A stretch of DNA of 64,000 nucleotides from a virus. The notes below the pieces were generated by a model. That model had not been told where the DNA came from. It was given only the letters and a program-made list of their open reading frames with translations, and did no database searches. Below, in pieces: positions 1 through 8,186 of the stretch; position 1 is the stretch's first letter, and every line of letters begins with the position of its first letter. The translations under genes were made by a program, and so were the position numbers. The DNA is taken from IMG/VR virus record IMGVR_UViG_3300009151_000031; one strand, 5' to 3'.

Positions 1-1
1 A

Positions 2-778
2 CAAGAAAAAAATGTCAAGGGATATTTAGTAAAGTGTGGTGACTGGGATATAGATGGTTACGTAAAAAATTATAACATGCCAGAGTTTTTTGCATGGATA
101 CTTAATAATGAATTTAATCGTACCAGATTAGACTATACACACAGTCTGATAGATACTATGACAAAGTCACACAAGTTCCTATTCTTTAACGGAGAGTTCC
201 GCAACAATAGAGAACGCTTCTTTGAATTGTTTAAAGAGGCTGGATTACTTGAATCAAGTATATGGAGTCATAGGTCGGGCAAGAGTGCAGAAGGCTTCGG
301 TCCTGACAAAGATTGGCCGGATCCATTTATACATCCAGACTTTAGATTTTATGCATATTATCCTAGTCATTATTATGACACTAGTATAAGCATTGTGAGT
401 GAAACTACACAAACAGAATTCTTCCCTACGGAAAAGACCTATAAGAGTTTAATGCTAGGACATCCATTTGCTGTGTATGGCGGGCAACATAGTCTACGTA
501 AACTGCAAGCATTAGGATTTGAAACGTTTGGCGATAGCATAGATGAAACGTATGACAACTGCGAGTGGCCAGAAGAACGTGCCAATGTTCTAATAGAAAG
601 TCTAAAAAATTGCAGTATTCCACGACCCAGTAACCATAATAGGCTACAATTTCAGAAAGTGGCTAATTCAGCATACAATCATCTGTTAAATATCTTGCAA
701 GATATAGATAATAATGTTATAATAAAAGAGAACTTTGCAGTCAGTAGTTCTGTTTTGAACAAGTATTTTTTAAATTAA
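2..778 (+). CDS. Hypothetical protein with glycosyltransferase family 10-like C-terminal region (5'-truncated by window)
   Basis: ORF 77..778 stays open in frame back to position 2; motif FFPTEKTYKS...HPFAVYG...GFETF resembles the GT10-like C-terminus common in large phages. Confidence 0.5.
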   Translation, partial: QEKNVKGYLVKCGDWDIDGYVKNYNMPEFFAWILNNEFNRTRLDYTHSLIDTMTKSHKFLFFNGEFRNNRERFFELFKEAGLLESSIWSHRSGKSAEGFGPDKDWPDPFIHPDFRFYAYYPSHYYDTSISIVSETTQTEFFPTEKTYKSLMLGHPFAVYGGQHSLRKLQALGFETFGDSIDETYDNCEWPEERANVLIESLKNCSIPRPSNHNRLQFQKVANSAYNHLLNILQDIDNNVIIKENFAVSSSVLNKYFLN

Positions 779-787
779 AGGATTACA

Positions 788-1015
788 ATGCCACAGTACA
801 TCAGCCGCGGAGCATCAATTGACACAGAAAAATGTGTTGCAGAAGCAGGTGGAAATAGATTTGATTTAGTCATTATGGCCACTCAACGTGCCAGAGAAAT
901 TAAACAACGTAATCAACATAGTGTAAAGCATGAGCATCTACATGGTGTAGTTACAGCACTAATAGAAATACAAGATGGTAATGTAGATCCCAATTGGAAA
1001 CAAAAAGTTCGATGA
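788..1015 (+). CDS. rpoZ: RNA polymerase omega subunit-like protein
   Basis: GNRFDLVIMATQRAREI...VVTALIEIQDG matches omega consensus GNRFDLVLVAARRARQ...ALREIEEG. Confidence 0.85.
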   Translation: MPQYISRGASIDTEKCVAEAGGNRFDLVIMATQRAREIKQRNQHSVKHEHLHGVVTALIEIQDGNVDPNWKQKVR

Positions 1016-1449
1016 AACCAAAGTTTCAACAGCTATATATAACTATAGCAAGTACAGTAGCAACAATGAGTACAGCACGTCGCCTACAAGTTGGTGCTAT
1101 TGTGGTCAAAGATGATCGTGTTATTAGTATGGGCTACAATGGTATGCCTAGTGGGTGGGACAATAATTGCGAAGATGAAATATGTTGGCCCAATGGGGAA
1201 ATAAAGTTTTTAACAACTAAACCGGAGGTACTTCATGCTGAAACTAATGCAATCGCTAAGTTGGCAAGATCAAACGAGTCTGGCCTTGGTGCTACTATGT
1301 TCATTACTCACTCACCTTGCTTGGACTGTGCCAAATTGGTTTACCAATCTGGTATCAATACTGTTTATTATCGCAATAGTTATCGTAACGAAGAAGGCAT
1401 ACAATTCCTGGAAAAAGCAGGAGTAGAAGTAGTAAAATTAGAAGATTAA
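1012..1449 (+). CDS. dCMP deaminase (ComEB-like)
   Basis: HAETNAI and SPCLDC zinc motifs, GYNG; start set at ATG 1012 overlapping the rpoZ stop. Confidence 0.9.
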   Translation: MKPKFQQLYITIASTVATMSTARRLQVGAIVVKDDRVISMGYNGMPSGWDNNCEDEICWPNGEIKFLTTKPEVLHAETNAIAKLARSNESGLGATMFITHSPCLDCAKLVYQSGINTVYYRNSYRNEEGIQFLEKAGVEVVKLED

Positions 1450-1450
1450 C

Positions 1451-1526
1451 GGGGGTGTAGCTCATTTGGGAGAGCGCCTGCTTTGCAAGCAGGATGTAGC
1501 AAGTTCGATCCTTGTCACCTCCACCA
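1451..1526 (+). tRNA. tRNA-Ala (TGC)
   Basis: Cloverleaf: acceptor GGGGGTG/CACCTCC with G3:U70, anticodon arm CCTGC-TTTGCAA-GCAGG, TTCGATC T-loop, encoded CCA. Confidence 0.95.
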
Positions 1527-1532
1527 AAATAA

Positions 1533-1620
1533 GGAAAGTTGGCCGAGTGGTTAAGGCAACGGTTTGCTAAACCGTCGTCCCGAAAGGGGCGCATAGGTTC
1601 GAATCCTATACTTTCCGCCA
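1533..1620 (+). tRNA. tRNA-Ser (GCT)
   Basis: Acceptor GGAAAGT/ACTTTCC, anticodon arm ACGGT-TTGCTAA-ACCGT, long variable arm, TTCGAAT, encoded CCA. Confidence 0.95.
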
Positions 1621-1685
1621 AATTGTATCAAAAAAGTGTAAACGACAATAAATAAGTACATATACACTTACCAGGAGTTTCCCCC

Positions 1686-2651
1686 ATGAGTCAAACACGT
1701 ACAATACGTTGGGTTTTATACCACGAACCAGTTGATTTGTTTTTGCGTACAGCCAAGGCATTCAGCGAAGAAATCGCTCGTACAACCAACGGCCGTTTAG
1801 CAGTTGAAATTTTAACAACACAAGAGTTTGCTGACAAATACAACAAAGATGCTGGCCTAGAACCATTGACTTGGATGCAGTCAGGCGATGCAGAAATGAC
1901 ACAAGTTCAAGTTGTGCATTTAGGTATTTGGCATGCTCCAGAGTTTTTTGCACTGGAATTGCCATTCTTGTTTGATAGTCACGAACATGCTACTCGCGTA
2001 CTAGAAGGAGATATTGGTGAAACTATGCTAGGCGATCTAGATAGCAAGACTCCGGTACACGGTTTAGCATTCACATATTCAGGCGGTTATCGTTGTTTAG
2101 CACTCGACCGTGAAATTAGTAAAGCTGAAGATCTTCAAGGTCTTAAGATGGTGACTAATACAAACCCAGTATCAATTGATACAGCAGAAGCATTTGGATG
2201 CGTTGCAGTACCAGTCAATCTAAAAGAAGCAGTAAACGTTAATAGAAACAACGACAACAATCACAACGGCAACAACGCAATCGAAACAACATTGCCACGT
2301 TATGAAAAAGAAGCCAAGAGTGCAGTACATACACACGTAAGCAATACACGTCACAGCATGTATCTAACAAGTATTTTAATTAGTAAGGACTTCTGGGCAA
2401 GTTTAAGTGCAGAAGATCAAGCGTCTATCAAGGCAGCGGCAATGCACAGTTCTGCATTAGAACGCCATTGGACTGTTAATGATAGTGCCAAGATTGCTAA
2501 CAGCACAGAAGAACAAGCTAAAATGGGCATTAGTTATACTGAGTTTGCTGATAGCGAACGTGCTAAATTAAAAGAATTAGTACAGCCAATGTACAACAAG
2601 TATCGCCAAATCTTTGGCGTTGATCTAGTAGATGGAATTATCAAGGGATAA
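1686..2651 (+). CDS. dctP: TRAP transporter substrate-binding protein (DctP family)
   Basis: TNGRLAVEI, LELPFLFDSHEHA, GGYR, EDLQGLK, SKDFWASLSAEDQ motifs; SD ccaggag upstream. Confidence 0.85.
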   Translation: MSQTRTIRWVLYHEPVDLFLRTAKAFSEEIARTTNGRLAVEILTTQEFADKYNKDAGLEPLTWMQSGDAEMTQVQVVHLGIWHAPEFFALELPFLFDSHEHATRVLEGDIGETMLGDLDSKTPVHGLAFTYSGGYRCLALDREISKAEDLQGLKMVTNTNPVSIDTAEAFGCVAVPVNLKEAVNVNRNNDNNHNGNNAIETTLPRYEKEAKSAVHTHVSNTRHSMYLTSILISKDFWASLSAEDQASIKAAAMHSSALERHWTVNDSAKIANSTEEQAKMGISYTEFADSERAKLKELVQPMYNKYRQIFGVDLVDGIIKG

Positions 2652-3299
2652 ATGAAAGACTTTAGTTTTTCAATTCTTAAAAATAACGAAGTACAAAAAA
2701 TAACATTCCAGGACTTAGCCTTAAACAAGCGAGTCCTGGTTTGCTCTGTTGTCCGTATGCAAACCCATGTTTCGGATTTGTATGTTAAAGAATTAATTAA
2801 GCAAACTACTAGTTACAAACAACAAGGCATTGACGAAGTTTATCTAATAAACTCATGCCATGGACTATTTGCACTTGCAAGATTTGATAAGATATTTCCG
2901 GAAATTACAATGTTAGCAGATACTGATAATCAATTTGTAACGTGGATTAGTAGTACGGTAAACAAAGCTACGCAGACTATAGATAATTTATCAAAGTATT
3001 GGAGTTATCAAGTACTACTGAACAATGGCAAAATAGAGCAATTTTACGAACAGCCAACTGAAAATTATATTAGACATTTAATTAAGGCTGGACACAAACC
3101 AAATTTGGCACACCAAAAGTTTTTTATAACCGAAGGCGACACAGTTGCATTACATCGCCCTGGGTTAAGTAGAGAAGAACAAAATACATTTGGACATTTG
3201 CCATTTGATGGTGCTCGGTGTACTCCGTTGGAGTTTATGTATTTTAATCTTTGTCCAAACACTAAATTAAATCAATATTTGCTTGACACACAGGTGTAA
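2652..3299 (+). CDS. Divergent redoxin/peroxiredoxin-5-like protein
   Basis: N-terminal layout (NKRVLV...GIDEVYLIN...MLAD) resembles Prx5; the peroxidatic PGAFTPTC motif is absent. Confidence 0.45.
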   Translation: MKDFSFSILKNNEVQKITFQDLALNKRVLVCSVVRMQTHVSDLYVKELIKQTTSYKQQGIDEVYLINSCHGLFALARFDKIFPEITMLADTDNQFVTWISSTVNKATQTIDNLSKYWSYQVLLNNGKIEQFYEQPTENYIRHLIKAGHKPNLAHQKFFITEGDTVALHRPGLSREEQNTFGHLPFDGARCTPLEFMYFNLCPNTKLNQYLLDTQV

Positions 3300-3311
3300 C
3301 TAGTATATAAT
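3283..3311 (+). promoter_or_regulatory. sigma70-type promoter
   Basis: TTGACA(3283-3288)-17 nt-TATAAT(3306-3311). Confidence 0.8.
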
Positions 3312-3319
3312 TAATACAA

Positions 3320-3575
3320 GTAATAAGTTTGGGTACATGGTGTGGCGACCATCTGATACATGTGGTAGTCTTAGTAATAGTATGTAACACACGACCCCGT
3401 GGCACTGATACTGCAAAATCGGGTACTCCCGAGGGTACAAGGAATTTTAAAACTATGAACAGGTGCAAGAGTCCATGAAAAAGCCTGTGAAGGCAAGCTA
3501 TTTAGCCGAGTCGCTCTTGGTTAGCATTGTGGTCCACTGTCGAAAAGCAGATTTAGGTGTACCCAAACTTATTAC
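3320..3575 (+). ncRNA. Candidate structured non-coding RNA (~256 nt), family unassigned
   Basis: Perfect 18-bp terminal inverted repeat GTAATAAGTTTGGGTACA/TGTACCCAAACTTATTAC; several internal hairpins; starts just after a consensus promoter and precedes tRNA-Thr. Confidence 0.65.
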
Positions 3576-3590
3576 ATTAAATAGTATTAT

Positions 3591-3666
3591 GCCCTTTTAG
3601 CTCATTTGGTAGAGCAACGCACTTGTAATGCGTAGGTGGTCAGTTCGAATCCGACAAAGGGCACCA
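3591..3666 (+). tRNA. tRNA-Thr (TGT)
   Basis: Acceptor GCCCTTT/AAAGGGC, anticodon arm ACGCA-CTTGTAA-TGCGT, TTCGAAT, encoded CCA. Confidence 0.95.
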
Positions 3667-3681
3667 TTTTAACGAGGATAT

Positions 3682-3858
3682 ATGACAGAAGAAAAGAAAA
3701 GTAAGAATCCTTTTATTAACTTGGCAAATGCCGCAAAAGCGGCGGCCGGAGTACCAAGTACACCTGGATCTAAGACAGCAGAAGTTCAAAAAGCTAAATT
3801 TGGCACACAAGTACAGGGTAACAAACCAGCTAAACGAAGTGCTGGCAGAGGCAGATAA
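3682..3858 (+). CDS. Small basic hypothetical protein (58 aa; not in ORF track)
   Basis: ATG 3682 with GAGGA SD; MTEEKKSKNPFINLANAAK...KRSAGRGR stop TAA. Confidence 0.7.
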   Translation: MTEEKKSKNPFINLANAAKAAAGVPSTPGSKTAEVQKAKFGTQVQGNKPAKRSAGRGR

Positions 3859-3903
3859 GCATAAATAAAGCTATAGAGTACCATACTTGATTTAGGAAAA
3901 ATT

Positions 3904-4446
3904 ATGCACATTATATCATCCACAGATCCTTGGGATTTAACCACACGTCAAATTGATATTGGTTTACTGGTGTCGGCGCTTAACACAGCATCATCGTCAA
4001 CCGGGTCAGCATCTATTCAGATCAACGGAACAACAGTTGCATCTGGGATTGCTGTATCTAATATTGCCGCGAGCAACGAAACAATTGATCCAATTGGTGC
4101 AGATCATGCACAATTGACTATTCACAGCATTTATGCAAATATTTCACGTAACGATGCCACACAAGGTCCTATTACAGTTCGTGTAACTGCCGATGAAGGT
4201 AGTGCGGATTTGTTATGGTGCTATACAGGCTCTAAATCAATACAATATTTTCGTACTGTAAATGGTGTTATAGAATACGGTCCTAGAGGTAACACATTAC
4301 CAAGATTTGACCCAACTCTCGGAACCGTTCAAACTCCAACAGGCGGTGGTGTAGGCAATGTAGAGTTAGGGTATGGATGGAAAACTATTCCTTCAGCTGG
4401 TAGCGTTGTTGTAGATATAACCGGTATTTTAGGTAATATCGCTTAA
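3904..4446 (+). CDS. Hypothetical protein
   Basis: 180-aa ORF, SD aggaaa, ATAAATA motif at 3861, terminator follows. Confidence 0.7.
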   Translation: MHIISSTDPWDLTTRQIDIGLLVSALNTASSSTGSASIQINGTTVASGIAVSNIAASNETIDPIGADHAQLTIHSIYANISRNDATQGPITVRVTADEGSADLLWCYTGSKSIQYFRTVNGVIEYGPRGNTLPRFDPTLGTVQTPTGGGVGNVELGYGWKTIPSAGSVVVDITGILGNIA

Positions 4447-4463
4447 TTACCACATGCCACAAT

Positions 4464-4491
4464 AATCCGCTCTTTTGGGCGGATTTTTTTT
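4464..4491 (+). terminator. Rho-independent terminator
   Basis: AATCCGCTC-TTTT-GGGCGGATT followed by a T-run. Confidence 0.85.
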
Positions 4492-4547
4492 GACCTTTAA
4501 TTCTTTCTATGTTATACTAGATATTAGTTAAACCCTAGGAGTAATAA

Positions 4548-4712
4548 ATGTTTGAATCACTAGAAATCCGCAGAGTTGCAAATGGTTTTATTTTGGTAGT
4601 TAATACCGAAGAAGATGCCACTGAGTTTGTGTACGATACTGAACGCAAATTAATGCGTGTAGTTAAACAGTACCTTGGAGAGCGTGTAAGCAAGGATGAG
4701 TTGGCTGATTAA
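4548..4712 (+). CDS. Small hypothetical protein (54 aa; not in ORF track)
   Basis: TTGACC-17-TATACT promoter (4490-4518), AGGAG SD, MFESLEIRRVANGFILVV...DELAD stop overlapping the next ATG. Confidence 0.7.
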   Translation: MFESLEIRRVANGFILVVNTEEDATEFVYDTERKLMRVVKQYLGERVSKDELAD

Positions 4713-5353
4713 TGAGTATTGCCGATTATTTAACAAATAACCCGGTTGCTAAATTACAACTAGGGTGTGGTGGTAATATGTTGCAGGGCTGGTGCAATAC
4801 CGATGGTCAAAGTGACGGCTGGTATCATCCCAACGGGATCAAGTTAGATGCCAGTAAGCCTTTTCCCGTTGCCGACGATAGTTTTGATTATGTATTCAGC
4901 GAGCACATGATTGAGCATCTTGATTATTGGGCCGGGTACCGTATGCTAGAAGAATCATTTAGGGTAATGAAACCAGGCGCTCGTATTCGTATCAGTTGCC
5001 CGTCAATTGATTTGCTCATGCAAATTTGCGCCGATAAAGAGCATCCTGACCATCGAGCCTACATTGAATTTTTATTAAATGAACCCGACAAAGAGCCTTT
5101 TGTGGATACCATGTTTATCTTTAATAAAATGTTTAGATTTTGTGGGCATACACATATCTATACTAAAACAGGTTTAGTAACTACCATGGAGGCAGTTGGG
5201 TTTGCGGACTTCAGTGAACATAAGATCATTGAAAGCAACGATCCTAACTTGGCAGGATTAGAAAAAGTTTGGCACATGCCTGACTTTGATGGACATAACA
5301 GTCGTATCCTGCAAATGGAAACTATGACAATAGAAGCAGTTAAGCCAAAATAA
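4712..5353 (+). CDS. Class I SAM-dependent methyltransferase
   Basis: LQLGCGG motif I, FDYVFSEHMIEHL, RVMKPGARIRI. Confidence 0.85.
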   Translation: MSIADYLTNNPVAKLQLGCGGNMLQGWCNTDGQSDGWYHPNGIKLDASKPFPVADDSFDYVFSEHMIEHLDYWAGYRMLEESFRVMKPGARIRISCPSIDLLMQICADKEHPDHRAYIEFLLNEPDKEPFVDTMFIFNKMFRFCGHTHIYTKTGLVTTMEAVGFADFSEHKIIESNDPNLAGLEKVWHMPDFDGHNSRILQMETMTIEAVKPK

Positions 5354-5375
5354 AACCGCCCAAAGGCGGTTTTTT
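5352..5375. terminator. Bidirectional intrinsic terminator between convergent genes
   Basis: AAAACCGCC-CAAA-GGCGGTTTTTT. Confidence 0.8.
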
Positions 5376-5389
5376 AATGACTGTAAATG

Positions 5390-6421
5390 TTAACGCTCAA
5401 ACAACTTACGCTCAAAGTTTTCACGTAATTCATCTGCGGTACGATTAGCTTGATACCATTCGATGGTCTTTGCAATGCCATCTTTAAAACTAACAGTAGG
5501 TTGCCAACCTAACCATAGTTTCTGATTAGTAGTATCTGCCGCACGAGCATGTACACCTTCTGGCTTACTACGATCAAAGAAGAAACCATCAGCTGGCTGA
5601 TATCCCATAATGTCACATACTGTTTGGACTGCATCGGCGATCTTGGTAATTTCGCTAGTGCCAATGTTGATACTACGGCAGTCAGTAATGTTTTCACAGG
5701 CTAGTTTTAACCCTTCAACGATATCGCTTACATAGGTAAAGTTACGATCTTGTTGTCCACTGCCCCAAACCTCATACGGGTTTTGTTCTATCATGGCCTT
5801 GGCAATAAACGCAATAATAGCATGACTCTCGTTTTCACGTGGGCCGTATACAGTGAACAGTCGGCAACTTACACCCTTGGTACCATATTGTTTGTGATAC
5901 CCTTTAAGTGCCATTTCACCCATGAACTTGGCCCAGCCATATTCGCCATCGGCCAAGGCGGCACCTTTAGTAAATGGATCGGCCATTTCTTCGCTTAGGT
6001 AACGTTGTTGATCTGGCCCATCTTCTTGTAAGTTAGTTGGGTACGCACAAGCACTTGACGTATATACAACTCGGTCGACATTGTTTAAATGGCTATAGTA
6101 AAATACGTTACCATCGATTAAAAAGTTTTGACTGATCTCGCCTGGGTGTGTTTCAATGAAGCCTCGTCCACCATGGATGTTGGCCAAGTGGAATACAATG
6201 TCTTTATCTCGGGTCACATCTCGAGCAACATTGGCATCCCGTAAATCGCCTAATACAAAATTAATTTGGCCGCGAACTGTTTCGATGTTTTCAATCTTAC
6301 CACTACTTAAATCGTCAACTACAGTAACGTGTGCGCCATCGGCCAATAGGCTTTCAACCAAGAAGCTACCAATAAAACAACAGCCGCCTGTGACTAAAAC
6401 TTTTTTATTTTTAAAAAACAT
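5390..6421 (-). CDS. NAD-dependent epimerase/dehydratase (extended SDR, GDP-mannose-3,5-epimerase-like)
   Basis: TGGCCFIG Rossmann variant, TSSACAYP, YGWAK catalytic YxxxK, WGSGQQDRNFTYV. Confidence 0.85.
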   Translation of the reverse strand: MFFKNKKVLVTGGCCFIGSFLVESLLADGAHVTVVDDLSSGKIENIETVRGQINFVLGDLRDANVARDVTRDKDIVFHLANIHGGRGFIETHPGEISQNFLIDGNVFYYSHLNNVDRVVYTSSACAYPTNLQEDGPDQQRYLSEEMADPFTKGAALADGEYGWAKFMGEMALKGYHKQYGTKGVSCRLFTVYGPRENESHAIIAFIAKAMIEQNPYEVWGSGQQDRNFTYVSDIVEGLKLACENITDCRSINIGTSEITKIADAVQTVCDIMGYQPADGFFFDRSKPEGVHARAADTTNQKLWLGWQPTVSFKDGIAKTIEWYQANRTADELRENFERKLFER

Positions 6422-6430
6422 ATTTTTCCT

Positions 6431-7225
6431 TTATTCGATGGTTACAGCATACAAGCAACTACGACCAGACTGAACAGGTATGTGCCATGCACGTTCTGTT
6501 TCGCAAGTCATCAAGTAGTACTGCCCATCTTTTAATATAAATGCTGTTGGGTCAATGATGTTGTAACGGTTGTCCCAATCAAAATTAACGTTAACAATAT
6601 CAACATTTTGTTTTGACATATCAATGCACCAACCAAATGGTCTATGTCTAATACTATCTCTATTAGATGCATAATTGTCGTGTCCAAATCCTACAACTAA
6701 ATTGTTGCCAATATCTAATCCGTTGCACCCACCACGTAATGTTGAGTAGCTATCCAGTGGTTGTATTTCCGTTGGCAAGTCTTGTGTAAACACTGAGTAT
6801 ACTACATCACCCGCTAACTTTACTACCCTGAATGGAGAAATTTCATGCACAAAATAAATTTCGTCATTGTACACAAACGGTGCCCAATTTTTCCCTGGGC
6901 GTAGATTATCGCCCATATTGATTTGTATGCAATCCCATGTATCATCACTTTTGATATACAACTGCGGTATAAATTTGTTACCGGTAAACCTCACTGAGTA
7001 GCATACCGGGATTCCAAGCAAATCAAACGCTCTAGGATCTTCGCCAGGACCTATTAGGGTACTGCCAATTTTGACCTGCGTATTGAACCAGTCTTGACGA
7101 TTTACATGTCGAGAAAAAGTATGCTCAATGTCATCAACATAACATTGGCTATGGAACACATCAAAAGTTGTTGGAGTAAATTCAAATTGATTAATTATGG
7201 TACAATCAGTAATTGATATTTTCAT
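6431..7225 (-). CDS. Hypothetical protein, possible beta-propeller glycoside hydrolase-like
   Basis: GEDPRAF, KNWAPF, LRGG, IIDPTAF motifs. Confidence 0.45.
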   Translation of the reverse strand: MKISITDCTIINQFEFTPTTFDVFHSQCYVDDIEHTFSRHVNRQDWFNTQVKIGSTLIGPGEDPRAFDLLGIPVCYSVRFTGNKFIPQLYIKSDDTWDCIQINMGDNLRPGKNWAPFVYNDEIYFVHEISPFRVVKLAGDVVYSVFTQDLPTEIQPLDSYSTLRGGCNGLDIGNNLVVGFGHDNYASNRDSIRHRPFGWCIDMSKQNVDIVNVNFDWDNRYNIIDPTAFILKDGQYYLMTCETERAWHIPVQSGRSCLYAVTIE

Positions 7226-7299
7226 TAAGTGTATTTATAATAGCATAAACTATGGCTCGCAAATAATTGAGCCAAACTTGGCTAAAAATAAATACGTAT

Positions 7300-8169
7300 A
7301 TGAAAATCTATGACTGTTTTACGTTTTACAACGAACTCGACTTACTTGAATTTAGACTAGAAGAACTTTATGATCATGTTGATCATTTTGTCCTTGTGGA
7401 AGCAAACACAACATATACCAGCATACCTAAACCATTCTTGTTTGAAGAAAACAAAGAACGTTATGCCCGCTGGATGGATAAAATTATTCATGTTCGAGTG
7501 GAAGACATGCCCATGAATCCAGATGCCTGGGTAAACGACCGATTCCAGCGTGATCAAATTTATCGCGGCATCGCGGATGCTGATCATAATGATTTAATTA
7601 TAGTCAGTGACCTAGATGAAATTATACGCCCAGAAGCAATTGAGTATATGAAACAAAGCGATCAAAGTATATTTGCATTGCGTATGCCCTTGTTTAACTT
7701 CAAATTTAATTACATGAGGTTTAATCCTAATCAATATGATATTTGGGGCATGGCCGGAAGACGTATCTTTTTTGAAGATATCAAACCCGATGCATTTAGA
7801 TTCTTGCGTTTTAATTTTATGGACAAGCCATACCAGTATCAAAATGACGGTTGCGAAGTCATTGAACACGGCGGTTGGCAGTTTAGTAACCTAGGCGACA
7901 ACGAGTTTATGAAAAACAAACTTCGTAGTTTTGCTCATGCTGAAGTAAACTATCCAGAATATCTAGCACAAGTTGATATTGATGCTAGTATTGCCGAAGG
8001 CTTGGGTGTTGGCCGTAAGTTTGAGCAACAGGAATGGAAGCTAGTTGAAATAGACAGCTACTTTCCAAAAACATTGTTAAACAATCTAGACAAATATAAA
8101 AATTACATTTTGGACAATCCGGCAACTACAGCTCTTGCTATATTGCCCAAGTTCCCGTATAATAGTTAA
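7300..8169 (+). CDS. Glycosyltransferase family 17-like
   Basis: IYDCFTFYNELDLLEFRLEELYDHVDHFVLVEAN, FQRD, SDLDEI, GGWQFS, KLRSFAHAE; start set to ATG 7300. Confidence 0.85.
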   Translation: MKIYDCFTFYNELDLLEFRLEELYDHVDHFVLVEANTTYTSIPKPFLFEENKERYARWMDKIIHVRVEDMPMNPDAWVNDRFQRDQIYRGIADADHNDLIIVSDLDEIIRPEAIEYMKQSDQSIFALRMPLFNFKFNYMRFNPNQYDIWGMAGRRIFFEDIKPDAFRFLRFNFMDKPYQYQNDGCEVIEHGGWQFSNLGDNEFMKNKLRSFAHAEVNYPEYLAQVDIDASIAEGLGVGRKFEQQEWKLVEIDSYFPKTLLNNLDKYKNYILDNPATTALAILPKFPYNS

Positions 8170-8186
8170 ATTCAAACAGGTATATA

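Noticed and set aside
1355-1621. Minus-strand ORF over the tRNAs, and other antisense/shadow ORFs (e.g. within groEL, nrdA, tail fibre)
   Set aside because: Fully overlap well-supported + strand genes; no SD or recognisable motifs
3320-3575. RNase P RNA, tmRNA or group I intron identity
   Set aside because: No GAGGAAAGUCC/P4 motif, no tRNA-like ends or tag ORF, no recognisable P7 R/S elements
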